This document shows positions 1-11,900 of a stretch of DNA of 64,000 nucleotides, one piece after another. Numbering within the stretch: the stretch's first letter is position 1; the number at the start of each line of letters is the position of its first letter. Under the pieces are notes generated by a model. The model was not told the DNA's origin. It saw only the letters and a list, made by a program, of their open reading frames with translations, and made no database searches. The position numbers and the translations under genes were made by a program. Origin of the DNA: Haliotis cracherodii (taxonomy: Eukaryota); NCBI RefSeq assembly GCF_022045235.1, contig NW_027266265.1, forward strand, positions 29,450,001 to 29,514,000, in the 5' to 3' direction.

Positions 1-101
1 GATAAGTGATATACATATATAGACATGGTTGAATAATGGTAGATGCCACTCAAAGACGTTAAGACTTCGATACGTTTCAAAAACATTCGCCGAAGGAGTA
101 C

Positions 102-3100
102 CTTGAAACGGCTCTTGGGCGTTGGTGTTGCTGTAGTCCACCAAGACGTCGTTGAAGGTTGACGTTGTGTTGTATTTGAATGAGGGGTGGAAATACACGT
201 TCTTCACTTGACGGACTTGTTCCTGCGGAACGTTATTGTACACTTCAGGGATGGAGATGTTGTATTCGCCCAAAACAACAATCATTCGATCCTGATATGT
301 TTCATCTGTGTCTCGTCTTCCAACACTAGAAACAGCAATAGATTAGCATAAGTAAACTACGTTTATAATGAACACGCCTATACCGAACTCACGGATATAA
401 CCTATTTTAAGTCCCGACCATTTGTTGTATATATGCTGTATATATGCTTATAACGAACTACGGTTATTACGAACTAAAATTAGTGCTCCTTTCAAGTTCG
501 TTATAACCGTAGTTTACTGTATAAGCAAGATAAGGATATTCCGTACATTACAAGAATGGTACATGTAGTTCTATTTTCAACATTTCTTTTACTTTCTCTA
601 TGTACAGTATGTGAGTGGCGGGTACTATTATCGGATATGCTTACACTTATCGCGAACACCTGGTGTCATCACTAGTTTCATTGACCCATATAATTTTCAC
701 AGATCGTTTGCCTTTTGCGCCCAAAGGAATCTGTTTCGGCAGATCATATATAAGTTTGGCTCACTTCTCTGAAGTTCATTTTACTGTGGGATGTTAATCA
801 ACTGAACAGGCATTACTAAGATACCTCGGTTGGTCAGGCTCGCTGACTTGGTTGATGCATGTCATCGTATCCCATTTGCGTTTTTTCGATGCCTGCTGTA
901 AAAGGCGGCTATGTTTGTCTTAAAAGTCGACTAACGGGATCGGGTGGTCAGGCTCGCTGACTTGGTTAATGCATGTCATAGATCCCTATTACGTGGATCG
1001 ATGCTCATGATATCGATCCCTGGATTGTCTGGTCCAGACTCGATTATTTACAGACCGCCGTCATATAGCTGGAATATTGCTGAATGCGGCGTTAAACAAC
1101 CAACCAACCAACCGAACCAACATACCTCATAACTGCTGCACAATCTGATAGAACCCAGTTCTTCTGTATAAGAACTCCGCCAGCATTATGAAGTGAGTTA
1201 GCCAGGGTCTTGGGAAGATTGGGTCCATTCATGCGTCGAAGGGATGCTTGCCATGGGGCTTGCTTTGGTTTGTCATCCTTGGAAAAGGCAAGTCGAGCAG
1301 TTGCGCCCCAAACACCACAGTTCCCCTCGTTCCCACAAGTGGTGGTCGCTATATAGAAGTACATTCTTCATTAAAGGTGCTCAATGTTCTTGCTGTTCAT
1401 CACTTGCAATACTTTTTCACTTACCTTTTACATGTTTGTCTGTTGAATATGTTTGTAATTGTGATATCACCTACAAGCTTGGGTTGACAGAAAATTGTAG
1501 ATTCTTTGTGGCATTTTATTTCCTTTCCTTTGTTTGTTTCATTTTTTGTTGTTTAACGCCGCACTCAGCAATATTCCAGCTATATGACAGCGGTCTGTAA
1601 TAATTCGAGACCAGACAATCCAGTGATGGACATCGATCCATACATTTGGGATACGATGACATGCATCAATCAATTGAGCGAGCCTGACCACCCGATCCCG
1701 TTAGTCGCCTCTAACGACAATATATTTTGTACGCGGTCAGTACGTGTTTAATTGGTTCAGATAGTCATGTACCAGTCCATGATACTCATGATACTATATT
1801 CGCTAAAAATTAATTATAATCTTTTATTACCAAAGACCTGGAAACTAGGAAACTAGGAAATGCAATTTTAGATAGGTATAGCCAAACAATGGGATTTGGG
1901 GTTATTATCGACAAAGAATAATTCTTTAAACCTTTTTGTCAAAAATTAAATATTCACCAACCGTCCAATCGATACAAATCTATACAAATGGAGTCTACTG
2001 AATATAAGTTAACAAAATATACATCAATCATCAAGTGTAATGGAGATTATTTAAATGAGCTTTGGTCAAGCTGTCATATTTTATTTGTATGAATACATTG
2101 TTGTGCAAAACCGTGAAAATAAACACATTCTGAAAATATTACAAACGGTTTTGTTGTTGATGTGAAACAGATCTAGTACACACTACGATGGATGTAATGA
2201 GCTCTGTTGCTTGGCGGATCGGGTGTCATCGTCACCGTCAAGGTACTGCCATCATTAATGGTCCCTATCTTATTCATGAGATACCTGAATTCCATTGAAA
2301 TAACACTAACTTTGATTTATGATGCAAATGATATTTACAAAACACTATATTTTTCACAAATAACATCACCCAAGTGATGAAAGTATGCTAAAGCAAGTAC
2401 TCACGTGTTCCAGTGCAACATTTGAATCCAGTTTGGCAAGCTGCATAATTGAAAAAAGTATCGCTCTGTTGTACAGTTCCGCTTGGACATCCGCCTTCAC
2501 GACAGACGCCATCACGATAAACAAAGCCACACACTGAAATGTATATACATATATATAGTGTATTGATGTTAAAGAAACCGGGATATTCATCATGACTATC
2601 TAATGTTGGAATACAAATTATATATTGTATTATGACGTATTTGATTATCTTATATGACAAAAGATATAATTATATTATGTTACAAAGGATACACTTGAGC
2701 ATCTTATGTTACAAAGTACATAATTTATTATCTATAATTTCAAACTAAGGAAGTACTTCATTACGTTAGTTTACAAAAGACGTTCTTGATTATCTTATGT
2801 TACAAAGGACATAATTGATTATCTAATGTTACAAAGGAAGAACATGATTACGTTTTTGGTACAAATGACGTACTTGATTATCTTATGTTACAAAGGAAGG
2901 ACTAGATTATGTAATGTTTCAAAGGAAGTACAGTAAACTACGATTTTAACGAACTCAAAAGGACTACTAATTTTAGTTCGTTATAACCGTATTTCGTTAT
3001 ACGCATAGATACAGCACATAAACACATTTTATTATATCCGTGAGTTGGTTATAATCGTGTTCGTTATAAACGTATTTCACTGTACTTGATTAAGTTATGT

Positions 3101-4739
3101 TACAAATGACGTTCTTGATTATCTTCTGTTACAGAAGAAGTACTTGATTACCCTAGTTTACAAAGGACGTACTTGGTTATGTAATGTTACAAAGGACATA
3201 ATTGATTATCTCATTTGACAAAGGATAATAAATGATACATGTTGGTTCGGATCCATGATAAATCGTTATTAACCATGGTCTGTCATGGTCGTGTCCTTGA
3301 TTGATTAAGAATTAAATACACTCAGGTTATTTTTATGATATAAAAACTTGTACATTTGGGATCATACAGATTTAAGATGTCCACAAGGCGCGCTGCTTTC
3401 TTAAGCGTCATGTGGTTCTTTCAAAGCAGTGTGTGCTTAACGGGTGGGCCTCATTCACAGACATCACGTTCTTACACACAGGGTTGTTGCTTACTGATGC
3501 GAGAAGGTACATACATATGCTCAATGCATGTAGAAGGATGCTGATATTGTCATGTATATTCGCAATACAAAAACACAGTAAACGACATTCTCTTTGAAAG
3601 TTCAAGCAGCTGACCTATAATGTATCGTGCTTATCGACAAGGATTTGACTGTATAGCTACTTCCTTGTATATTTTATTCAAGGGTAAGCTAGAGCAGTTG
3701 CTATCCTTTACATTACTTTATTTTTAAGCTTACTTCAGTTTCTAGATTGGGTACATTCTTCTTTCAATGGTATATGAATGGTATATCTTTTTTTCAAAGT
3801 TAACCTAACAGGTAATTCAGGTTTGAACATGAACTGTTGTTTACGAGCTTTTCAAATGAACTGAAATTCTTAGATCTATTTCAATCAGGGTTGCATATGT
3901 TTTGCAATGACGTGTCTTCAAAACTCATGTAAAAATCCCAAATCCTGAAGCAAAATCAAGGGACCAGATTGATTAATGTTAAGTCACTGCACGTGGTATT
4001 CTGAACGAATTTCATCTATGTTTTGTACTGCTCGTTATAATTTGCGACATCGCTCCAACAATGTTGACAGTCGCATAAATATATTCCTCGCCTCGCAGTA
4101 TGACACTGTTATTGCCATCGATTTGAGCCAACGGACACATTTATATAAAAATAAATGTGTTCGGATATTAGGGGAATGCGAGCTTATTATATAACACCAT
4201 AGGGCGTCATGGGGGAGATAATTTGTTGGAAAGCAACGATGTCGACCTCACCATTTGGAAGTTATTTGTAAACAAAGAACATAGTTGCTTACTTTCCACA
4301 CCACGGTACAATAGATACAAGAACTCCATCGCGAATAGATGTACACGTCGTGTACCCGCTTAACTCTACACCCTGACCTCACCGGAAGATCATATTTGTT
4401 AACAAATAATGAACGTGACAAAACATTTACTCAATGTTACATTAATTATCATATTTCGGTAATGTAAAATATTAACATGAAATAGTCCATAAAACAACTG
4501 TGACAATGATTTAAGAGGATTGCATGGGACCCCGAAGCGGAACAACCTTCAAAATTGGACGCGTCAAACATCAAATCTAAGTGTATGAATAGAAAGGATT
4601 CAATAGAAAAGAGTCACATGCTATTTTTTAAAATCTGTTCCTTGGTAATATTGAAATATGTTCATATCTCACCAGTAAAATCTACTGCGAAGGTTCCGTG
4701 TACGGCCAAGGCAAGTGTTATAAGTTTGATCGCCGCCAT
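102..4739 (-). CDS. SPH-0: secreted clip/beta-defensin-like six-Cys module plus non-catalytic trypsin-like (S1A) domain; 3' part runs off the window start
   Basis: Minus-strand exons 4673-4739 (signal MAAIKLITLALAVHGTFAVDFT), 2405-2533 (VCGFVYRDGVCREGGCPSGTVQQSDTFFNYAACQTGFKCC), 1126-1348 (CG..AR|LAFS..APWQASL..HNAGGVLIQKNWVLSDCAAV) and 102-325 (IVVLGEYN..EQVRQVKNVYFHPSF). All junctions are GT-AG with compatible phases 1,1,2. Trypsin motifs PWQASL, GGVLI..WVL, VLGEYN and HP are present, but TAAHC is replaced by SDCAAV. Confidence 0.85.
351..519. mobile_element. TA-flanked MITE (Tc1/mariner-pogo type)
   Basis: Terminal inverted repeats (c)agtaaactacg.ttataa.gaac / gttcgttataaccgtagtttactg with TA on both sides. 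Confidence 0.8.
826..1120 (+). mobile_element. SINE-like family A (partial copy plus 5'-truncated copy)
   Basis: gcgactaacgggatcgggtggtcaggctcgctgacttgg..gctggaatattgc..gcggcgttaaa + (CAAC)n tail; about ten copies in the window. Confidence 0.8.
1543..1720 (-). mobile_element. SINE-like family A
   Basis: Reverse complement of the family A 3' half. Confidence 0.8.
2590..3240. repeat. Degenerate 30-bp minisatellite
   Basis: Unit approximately tgttacaaaggacgtacttgattatctta; lies in SPH-0 intron 1. Confidence 0.8.
2931..3082. mobile_element. Same MITE inserted into a minisatellite
   Basis: Splits one repeat unit as aaaggaagTA[MITE]TActtgatt, duplicating TA. Confidence 0.8.
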
Positions 4740-4786
4740 CTTCTTTCCCACTTGCCAAACCGAGGCGGACTATCTGTCAAAATGCG

Positions 4787-4793
4787 TTATATA
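4787..4793 (-). promoter_or_regulatory. TATA box of SPH-0
   Basis: TATATAA on the minus strand about 50 bp upstream of the ATG at 4739. Confidence 0.55.
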
Positions 4794-5479
4794 TCTGTAC
4801 TATTCATTTTGTCGAGTTGGTAAACATTTGAGGACACTATGAATACACGGCTTCCATTACTGGGGTTGTCACACCCAAGTTAAACATCCATACAAAGGAT
4901 GGTGATTGGCAGGAGAAGATACATTGGCCGAGCAACAGGGCGAGGTGATGGGACAAAAACTGAATAGGCTGATAGGACCACCAGTCATAAACGCTGTTGA
5001 CATAACACAGCCTTACTGGCTCATAAGATGGAGTTAACGTGTGAATATGCTGATGCATTGTATTGACTACTCGTAGATTCGATAAAGAATGTGTGACGTG
5101 ACTTTATTTACGCCTACGTCATTGCCTTTACAACCTAGAAGAAATATGTTTCTGGCAATGGGTTCTTAGCAAACAAAAAATCAATTGAAATAGGGCGAAT
5201 AATTTTGTTTTGTTCTGAATATATACACATGGAAATAAGTTAAGCAACACCTGTATATTCTCAGACCGGGGAACTTTAATGAACTAGTGCATGAGATGTG
5301 TAAAGGATTTCCAAACCAAATAAATTATCTAGTGGAAAGAAAGGGTTGAGGAGGAACATAGCCAAGATTACCATGAAATAATGTGGGTGTTTTTAGATGT
5401 TACAGATTTGGAAAATGACTTTATTTCAAACCAAAAATTACCAATGTCACTTTTGTTGCACAGACTAAAGTGTCACTAC

Positions 5480-5737
5480 CATACACACTTTTGGTTCACG
5501 GAACTGAAGAACAATGTCCTGCAAGTCCAAATATTGACTTACCATCAGTATCTTGTGTAACCTCCCTGAACTCAAACAACTGCTTCAAGGTGCTCCTCAA
5601 TCCTTGGATCAATCTCTGGATTTGATTCTGAGGAATTCTGTCCCATTTCTCATGATCATGCAAAAAGGAGTCAATTCATTGAGCGTCGGGACAGGTGGGT
5701 CTCTTTGTCGAACACGACGGTCTAAAATGGGACAGAA
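5480..5737 (-). mobile_element. Tc1-like transposase C-terminal remnant
   Basis: Minus strand reads LDRRVRQRDPPVPTLNEL..EKWDRIPQNQIQRLI, matching the Tc1 DDE C-terminal motif; frameshifted. Confidence 0.65.
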
Positions 5738-8225
5738 CTCTTTCTTTTCATTAAATATTTTTTACATTTCGAGCACTAGTTCATTAACGTTGCTCAGTCT
5801 GAGAATACACGGGTGTTGCTTAACTAATTTCCATGAGTAGTATCAGTCACCATATATTTCAATTAATATCACAACTCAAACAATCAAAGAAGCATATTTA
5901 ATTCAATATATGTAGCAATCTGATCTTTCCATCTTTACGCATACACATATAACCTCTTCAGTTGCAGAATTCTATTAGTCTCCACCAGTCTTCCTTGTTT
6001 GGGTGTCTGCATGTACACGTCATGTACCCGTGTTATATTACCTTACCCCGGTTGCTGGGTCAAGTATATTTGCCCTACTATTGTGCGCGATGGCCTGGGG
6101 AGAGGGGTGGTTCATACAACTCCCTCCAGTAAATAGCGTGAATCACGGTTTCTTTGAAAGATTCAATGCAGCATTTGCAGAAGAGAAACTAGGTGAGATG
6201 AGCGTGAAAAGAACGTTAGTTCATCACTTACGATCCAACAGCAATATTTCCCTCATTGTTACATTATGTTCATGTCTGAAATAGAATGAACAGAGTTAGT
6301 GAGGTCGGTTTGACACCGCTTCAACCGTCATGTCAATTTGATATACCACGGGTCCGGTATGGTCCTTCTACAACTAGAATCAGGGCATCTCTGAAGAGTG
6401 AATTTCGGCACCTCGGGCGACTGGGCTACCCTTGAACCCAAAAGTACACATGACTTAAACTTCATTGAAAAAAGTGTTTTATTTGAATCTTTGACTTCAT
6501 AAACTTCAAAGAAAACGAAAGATTGACAATTCGAAAGATTACTCTTGCCGAGCTCAACATGCGAAAACAAGTACCCTCGGACCCGACCCCTTAAGGTGTT
6601 GCCCGGTCCATCACCCATCCAAGTGATACAAAACCCAGCTATTACAGGCATACACAAACATTAATTGCTATGTAGAAATTTAAAACGTCAATGCCAGATG
6701 ATAACCATTATCGATTTTCTAATTTAACAGATTCCAAAATAGATAAGAGTGGTGAAACTGTTGTGAATGGGTTACGGAAAGTCAGTGATGACACCAAGTG
6801 TTCGCAAGAAGGTTAAGTCCTGGTATCAGATGAATATACAGAGTTATACCGAAAATGTAATGGGACCGTGTGAATATACTATGTATGAACTGTGTGTACA
6901 TTTTGAATGCATTTACAGAATATTGCTCTGTGGAACGGCTTCTGCACACGAAGTAGACATCTGGAATTCTAATTACGAAGTTGTTTCATTTTGTTTATTC
7001 AAAGGGACCATGCACCTTTACCAATTATTATCAACCAAACAAATAAACACACAAGGACATATCGTAAAAGGATTCCCATGTAGAAATAACATATACATAA
7101 CATAATTTTTAAACACACCAAAAAACATAACTGGTTCAACCTGGTTTTTTATATAATTTGTTAAAAACCGAGAACATCTGTTCCATAATCATGAGAAATA
7201 TCTGCTAAATGCAGGGTCCATTGTTCAATTCCGACTGATTCAAAAGCATGTGTATATGGATAATATGAAAAAGGTTTCATCAGTCCGAACTGAGATATTT
7301 CTGAAAAAACCTATTCGCCTGATTTATTGTGTAATGGTAGAATTGAACATTAAATAGACATACAATGCGTGGAGAGAAATTTATCATGTCCACCAAGATG
7401 AACATTTGAAACTAGTGTATGTTTATTTCATAACGCAGTTACTCAAAATATTCAGACGTACCTGGGTTGATGTCAACCTCCTGTTCACATTGCACCAAGC
7501 CAGGCCACACACATGCACCAAGCCAGATCACATAGACATGCTTCAAGCTAGTCCACACACATGCACCAAACCCATACATCGTAGTAGAATACACACGTAT
7601 ACGCATATACATCTTAACACTGTTAGGGAAGAATGATATACGAGACTCAGTACCTTCTTCTGTGTAGTCATCCTGTTGTGTACATGAAATACGTGCCTGA
7701 GAACAATAGATAGTTTCCGACACAAGCATGACAACTCTGCTTTTTCCCATGGTCACATGTCCGGTTGACAAATACATTGTGTTGATTTTGTATTTGGTAT
7801 AATATATACAATAAGGTCCTTAATTATGGGTGTTTCTTATAGAAGTGCTTGTGACACTGAGTGCTGAAAATATGAAATTGTCTATTTACAGTGTTCAGAC
7901 TTTTGAAATAATTTACTCATGTGGAATTACATATGTTTCTGGTGTAGTACTGTTTCAGACCTGTTAAGAGTGACCTCGTAGCATTCATGACTTATACAAT
8001 AGACACACAGGAACAGCTATGACAACGTGCTGTCTGACGCCAACTAAAGTGTTCGCAGAATTAAGACGGCGGAAACAATATTTAAACTCACTGAATTCGC
8101 AGACAAAGAACCTTTGTGCGTTTTGTTGAAAATATAATTGAAACAGTTAAGAAGAAAGAGAGCTGAAATTAAATGCATGGAAACGGACATGTTATTATGT
8201 CACGTAATGTGTTAAAAAGATGGTG

Positions 8226-8292
8226 TATATAAGAAGCTTACGAAGATTCAACAATATTCTAACAGAGGCTGACATCAGAACTGTAACATTCG
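8226..8292 (+). promoter_or_regulatory. TATA box and short non-coding first exon of SPH-1
   Basis: TATATAA at 8226-8232, donor cg|gtaagc at 8293, acceptor ccag| at 8924 just before the ATG at 8929. The same layout occurs upstream of SPH-2 and SPH-3. Confidence 0.6.
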
Positions 8293-8592
8293 GTAAGCGT
8301 AACACTTTGTTATCTTTTAGCAGAAATTCCTTGTGGCCATGGAAAAAGTTTTGTCGCTTTACTTAACTGAAAAAAATGTCTGTGAAAAATCATATTAAAT
8401 GGACCACTGAAAATCAGTGATGAAACCAGGTGATGATGCATTCGATGCGGGTATTAATTCTTGCGACGACTTTTTTCAGGCTAGTAACGTTTTAACAACG
8501 CTTGTAATTTGGTGCCCAAATTCAAGTTTCAAATGTATAATTTCTTTTGCTGGGTTGTGTATGTACACGTATTCAATATTACATATTTATCT

Positions 8593-8765
8593 GGGGCTGT
8601 CGGGTAGCCGAGTGGTTAAAGCGTTCGCTCGTCACGCCGAAGACTTGGGTTCGGTTCCCGACATGGGTACAATGTGTGAAGCCCATTTCTAGTGTTCCCC
8701 GCCGTGATATTGCTAAAAAATTGAAAAGCGGCGTAAAACCATACTCACTCACTCACTCACTCACA
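8593..8765 (+). mobile_element. tRNA-derived SINE family B
   Basis: A box tagccgagtggt, B box ggttcggttcc, (ACTC)n tail. Confidence 0.82.
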
Positions 8766-8928
8766 TATTTATCTTATGAAGCATGAAATATCTTTGTTAT
8801 TCAAACGAAATGATTATGGCATGCAAATGGATGATATAGAATATACAACAAATGCTGATATTTTTTCATCATATGATGTCATTGTGGATAAATTGTATGC
8901 AATCATTTTCATCGCGGTTACCAGCAAG

Positions 8929-11900
8929 ATGAAATATCTGCTACTACTGGCGATGTGTGTGTACGTTGTCGGGGCCAGAGCCAGAGACAGAAGCTTAAAC
9001 TTCAAACAACGGACATTTCTGATGGCACTCGATGAAAGGAAGCTGACCAGGGACCTCCGATCGTGTTGGTTGGACAGCACTGGTCATTGCTGTTCCAACC
9101 ACATCGCCGGCTGCCGTTACTACAGAAGATACCAAAAGAAATACAGGTCCAAGAACAGGTCAAGCAAAACACGTGAGTATGGAGCGTTGTGTGGACAGAC
9201 ACGGACCAAAATCTAAGAATTGTTTGTTTGTTGTTTAACGCCGCACACAATAAGACAATCCAGTTATTGACATCATGAGCATCAATTTACGCAATTGGGA
9301 TACGATGACATGCATCAACCAAGTCAGCGAGCCTGACCACCCGATCCCGTTGGTGTCATCCTACGACAAGCATAGCCGCCTCCTTGGGTTGTTGAAGACC
9401 ACCTCTACCCCAGATCTTCAAGGGGCCGATAACTGAATACCGGCAAGGGAATGAATGTTATTTTATGTCTCAGTCATCAATATTCCAGCTTTATCACGGT
9501 GGCATCTGGACCATCTGGGATTGTCGACCAGTGAATGATTGCACGTTTAACAACCCAGGGTATGATGGCCCACAATCAGCCAGGTCACACATTGTCATGG
9601 ATTATTGCCCGTATTTTCAGTCAATGGTTTTCCTAGTCCAGGGTCGTTGCAATTTCTCGTAACATCAATCACCTGTATGTCTGTTCCATACTCGATTATT
9701 AACATAGGTGGACATGTTTTAACAAAGTTTACAAAAAACAGACGAACATACGTATCGTCTGATCCACATCATTAGTAGTGATATAGAACTTTGTTACAGT
9801 AACAAAAATGTTCTGATGTATAGAACTTTACCTGATCAGTTAGATCAAGCCTGCTGGTACAGTATTTATTTTCCCCCGTCAAATTTGGAAGCATTGGTAC
9901 ATATTTCAACTGGCTGGAGAAGCAACTTAACATTATATATGACGTTGGCATAAGTTTGAGTGAAACATGTGAACACAGTATTTTTCGCTACTGTAATTGA
10001 CTGTTTGGGTTTTGAGAGTTGTTTGGTTCAATAACTAACGCGTTCATGTTTCGTTTCAGGAAATAACATCTTCTTTTTCAATACTATGCCTTATTATCCT
10101 GGCAACTACTGGTACCATTCTTGCAACGTACAGTGTCTCTGTACCTCATACCACGCATCGTGTTCACATGCTACGACTGCTGCCGCTACTACAACCACAA
10201 CAACAACGACTACTACAAGTACAACCACCACTACTACAACAACGACCACAACGACAACCACCACACCAACTACAACTACAACCACAACGACTACTACCAC
10301 CACTACAACAACAACGGCTGCAGCTACGACAGCTGCGACTACAACGGCTGCGACTACGACGTCTGCGACCACTACATCTGCTACAACAACATCTGCTACA
10401 ACAACATCTGCTACAACAACATCTGCAACTACAACATCTGCAACTACAACATCTGCAACTACAACATCTGCAACTACAACATCTGCAACTACACCAACGA
10501 CATCCACTACTCCTACGACATCAACAACGGCAACCACATCCACTACGCCAACCACATCAACCACAGCGACGACGGTGGCAACAGCCGTGAGAACAAGATG
10601 TACGTACACTGTATACTTTCAATCCTATAGTTAAAGCTCAATGTCAAATGAAAGCATTAAACACTGACCCAGTGATTCACCTCTCTAATGTACAAAGTAG
10701 GTTCTTTCGGTCCTGCCAGGGTCTGCTTTCGTGGATTACAGAATTATCCGGATAATGAGCCACGATCTTCAGTATGGGTTTCATCAAAGGTATTAAACTC
10801 TGAACCGCTGTGGCAAGTCCTTGGGCTTAAAGCAGCGTTGAAGACAACCTTTCAATAGAGGTGCCAGTTTTCTAGAATACATTTTTGGTTGCTTATTGTC
10901 TATTCATTTTCATTCTTAGACTGTCCACGGGGAGTAACAACCGTGTCCAACATTGTCAGGATCATGAACGGACGACCCGTGAACAACTGCACAACATATC
11001 CCGGTGTTGTCACTCTAAAATCACCAAGAGGCGTCACATTGTGTTCTGGTATAGTCACATCAAGCACTACAGTCTCAATCCCCAACAACTGTGCCCAGCT
11101 TCTCATTGAACCGTAAGTGATAAACACATCTACATCTCTTTGAAAAACTCTCATATGTATCTGAAATAATGTCCTTTTATGCCTGTATCACAAACAGCTT
11201 TAGGCACCGTTAAATGCTTAGATTATGTATGACAAGATCAGCAAATAACCAATTCCATACAGCAACTGTTCTGTCAGCTTAAATTGTAGGCCGGACATTT
11301 TCTTCAATAGTACCAAGAGCAAAACGACCAGGAAAAGAAAATATAATCAATAAATTCAGTACATGAAAATCGGTCAGGAAATCACAGCTTCATCTAAAAT
11401 CACAATAATGAATACTTGTACCCATTTGTTTATACTACCGAACAGGCAATAATCTATGGAAACATTTCTTGGCCAGAATCGTCCAAATAATATGTAATCA
11501 GTTTGGCGCATCATGAAAGATTATTTCTACTAGTTATATAGTATTTTGCATTTGGCTCTTGTGATCCTGCACTACAGATCTATGTTCAACTTATGCATAC
11601 CTTCACTGTGCAGTATGCTGGGGTGTCCGTATGTTCTACCTAAATGTCACCTCGTGACATCGACATCCTGATTAGAATACTAGGTTTTCAGCAACCCATG
11701 CTTGCCGTAAAAGTCGACTATCCTTGTTCTAAGAGGCAACTAACGAGATCGTGTTCCACACTCGATTATTTACAGACCGCCGTCATGTAGCTAAGATATT
11801 TCTAATGGTGGCTTTAAACAACAAACAAACCAAACAATTATGCAGTATGCACATCTTACATGATATCTCATAGGCAGGTTTGCAAATGATGTACAAAGTA

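Noticed and set aside
2187-2284. Possible extra SPH-0 exon (YLMNKIGTINDG...)
   Set aside because: Its acceptor phase gives a stop when joined to the strong upstream donor; 2405 splices in frame directly to 1348.
2366-2593. Signal-peptide-like ORF (VALFIVMASVVKA)
   Set aside because: Alternative frame of the Cys-module exon; phase-incompatible with the flanking exons, and a better signal exon exists at 4673-4739.
10106-10630. Poly-Val, poly-Gln/Leu and Asn/Tyr ORFs over the Thr stalks (also at 25.5, 35.2 and 49.5 kb)
   Set aside because: Alternative frames and antisense of ACN repeats; only the Thr frame fits the splice phases.
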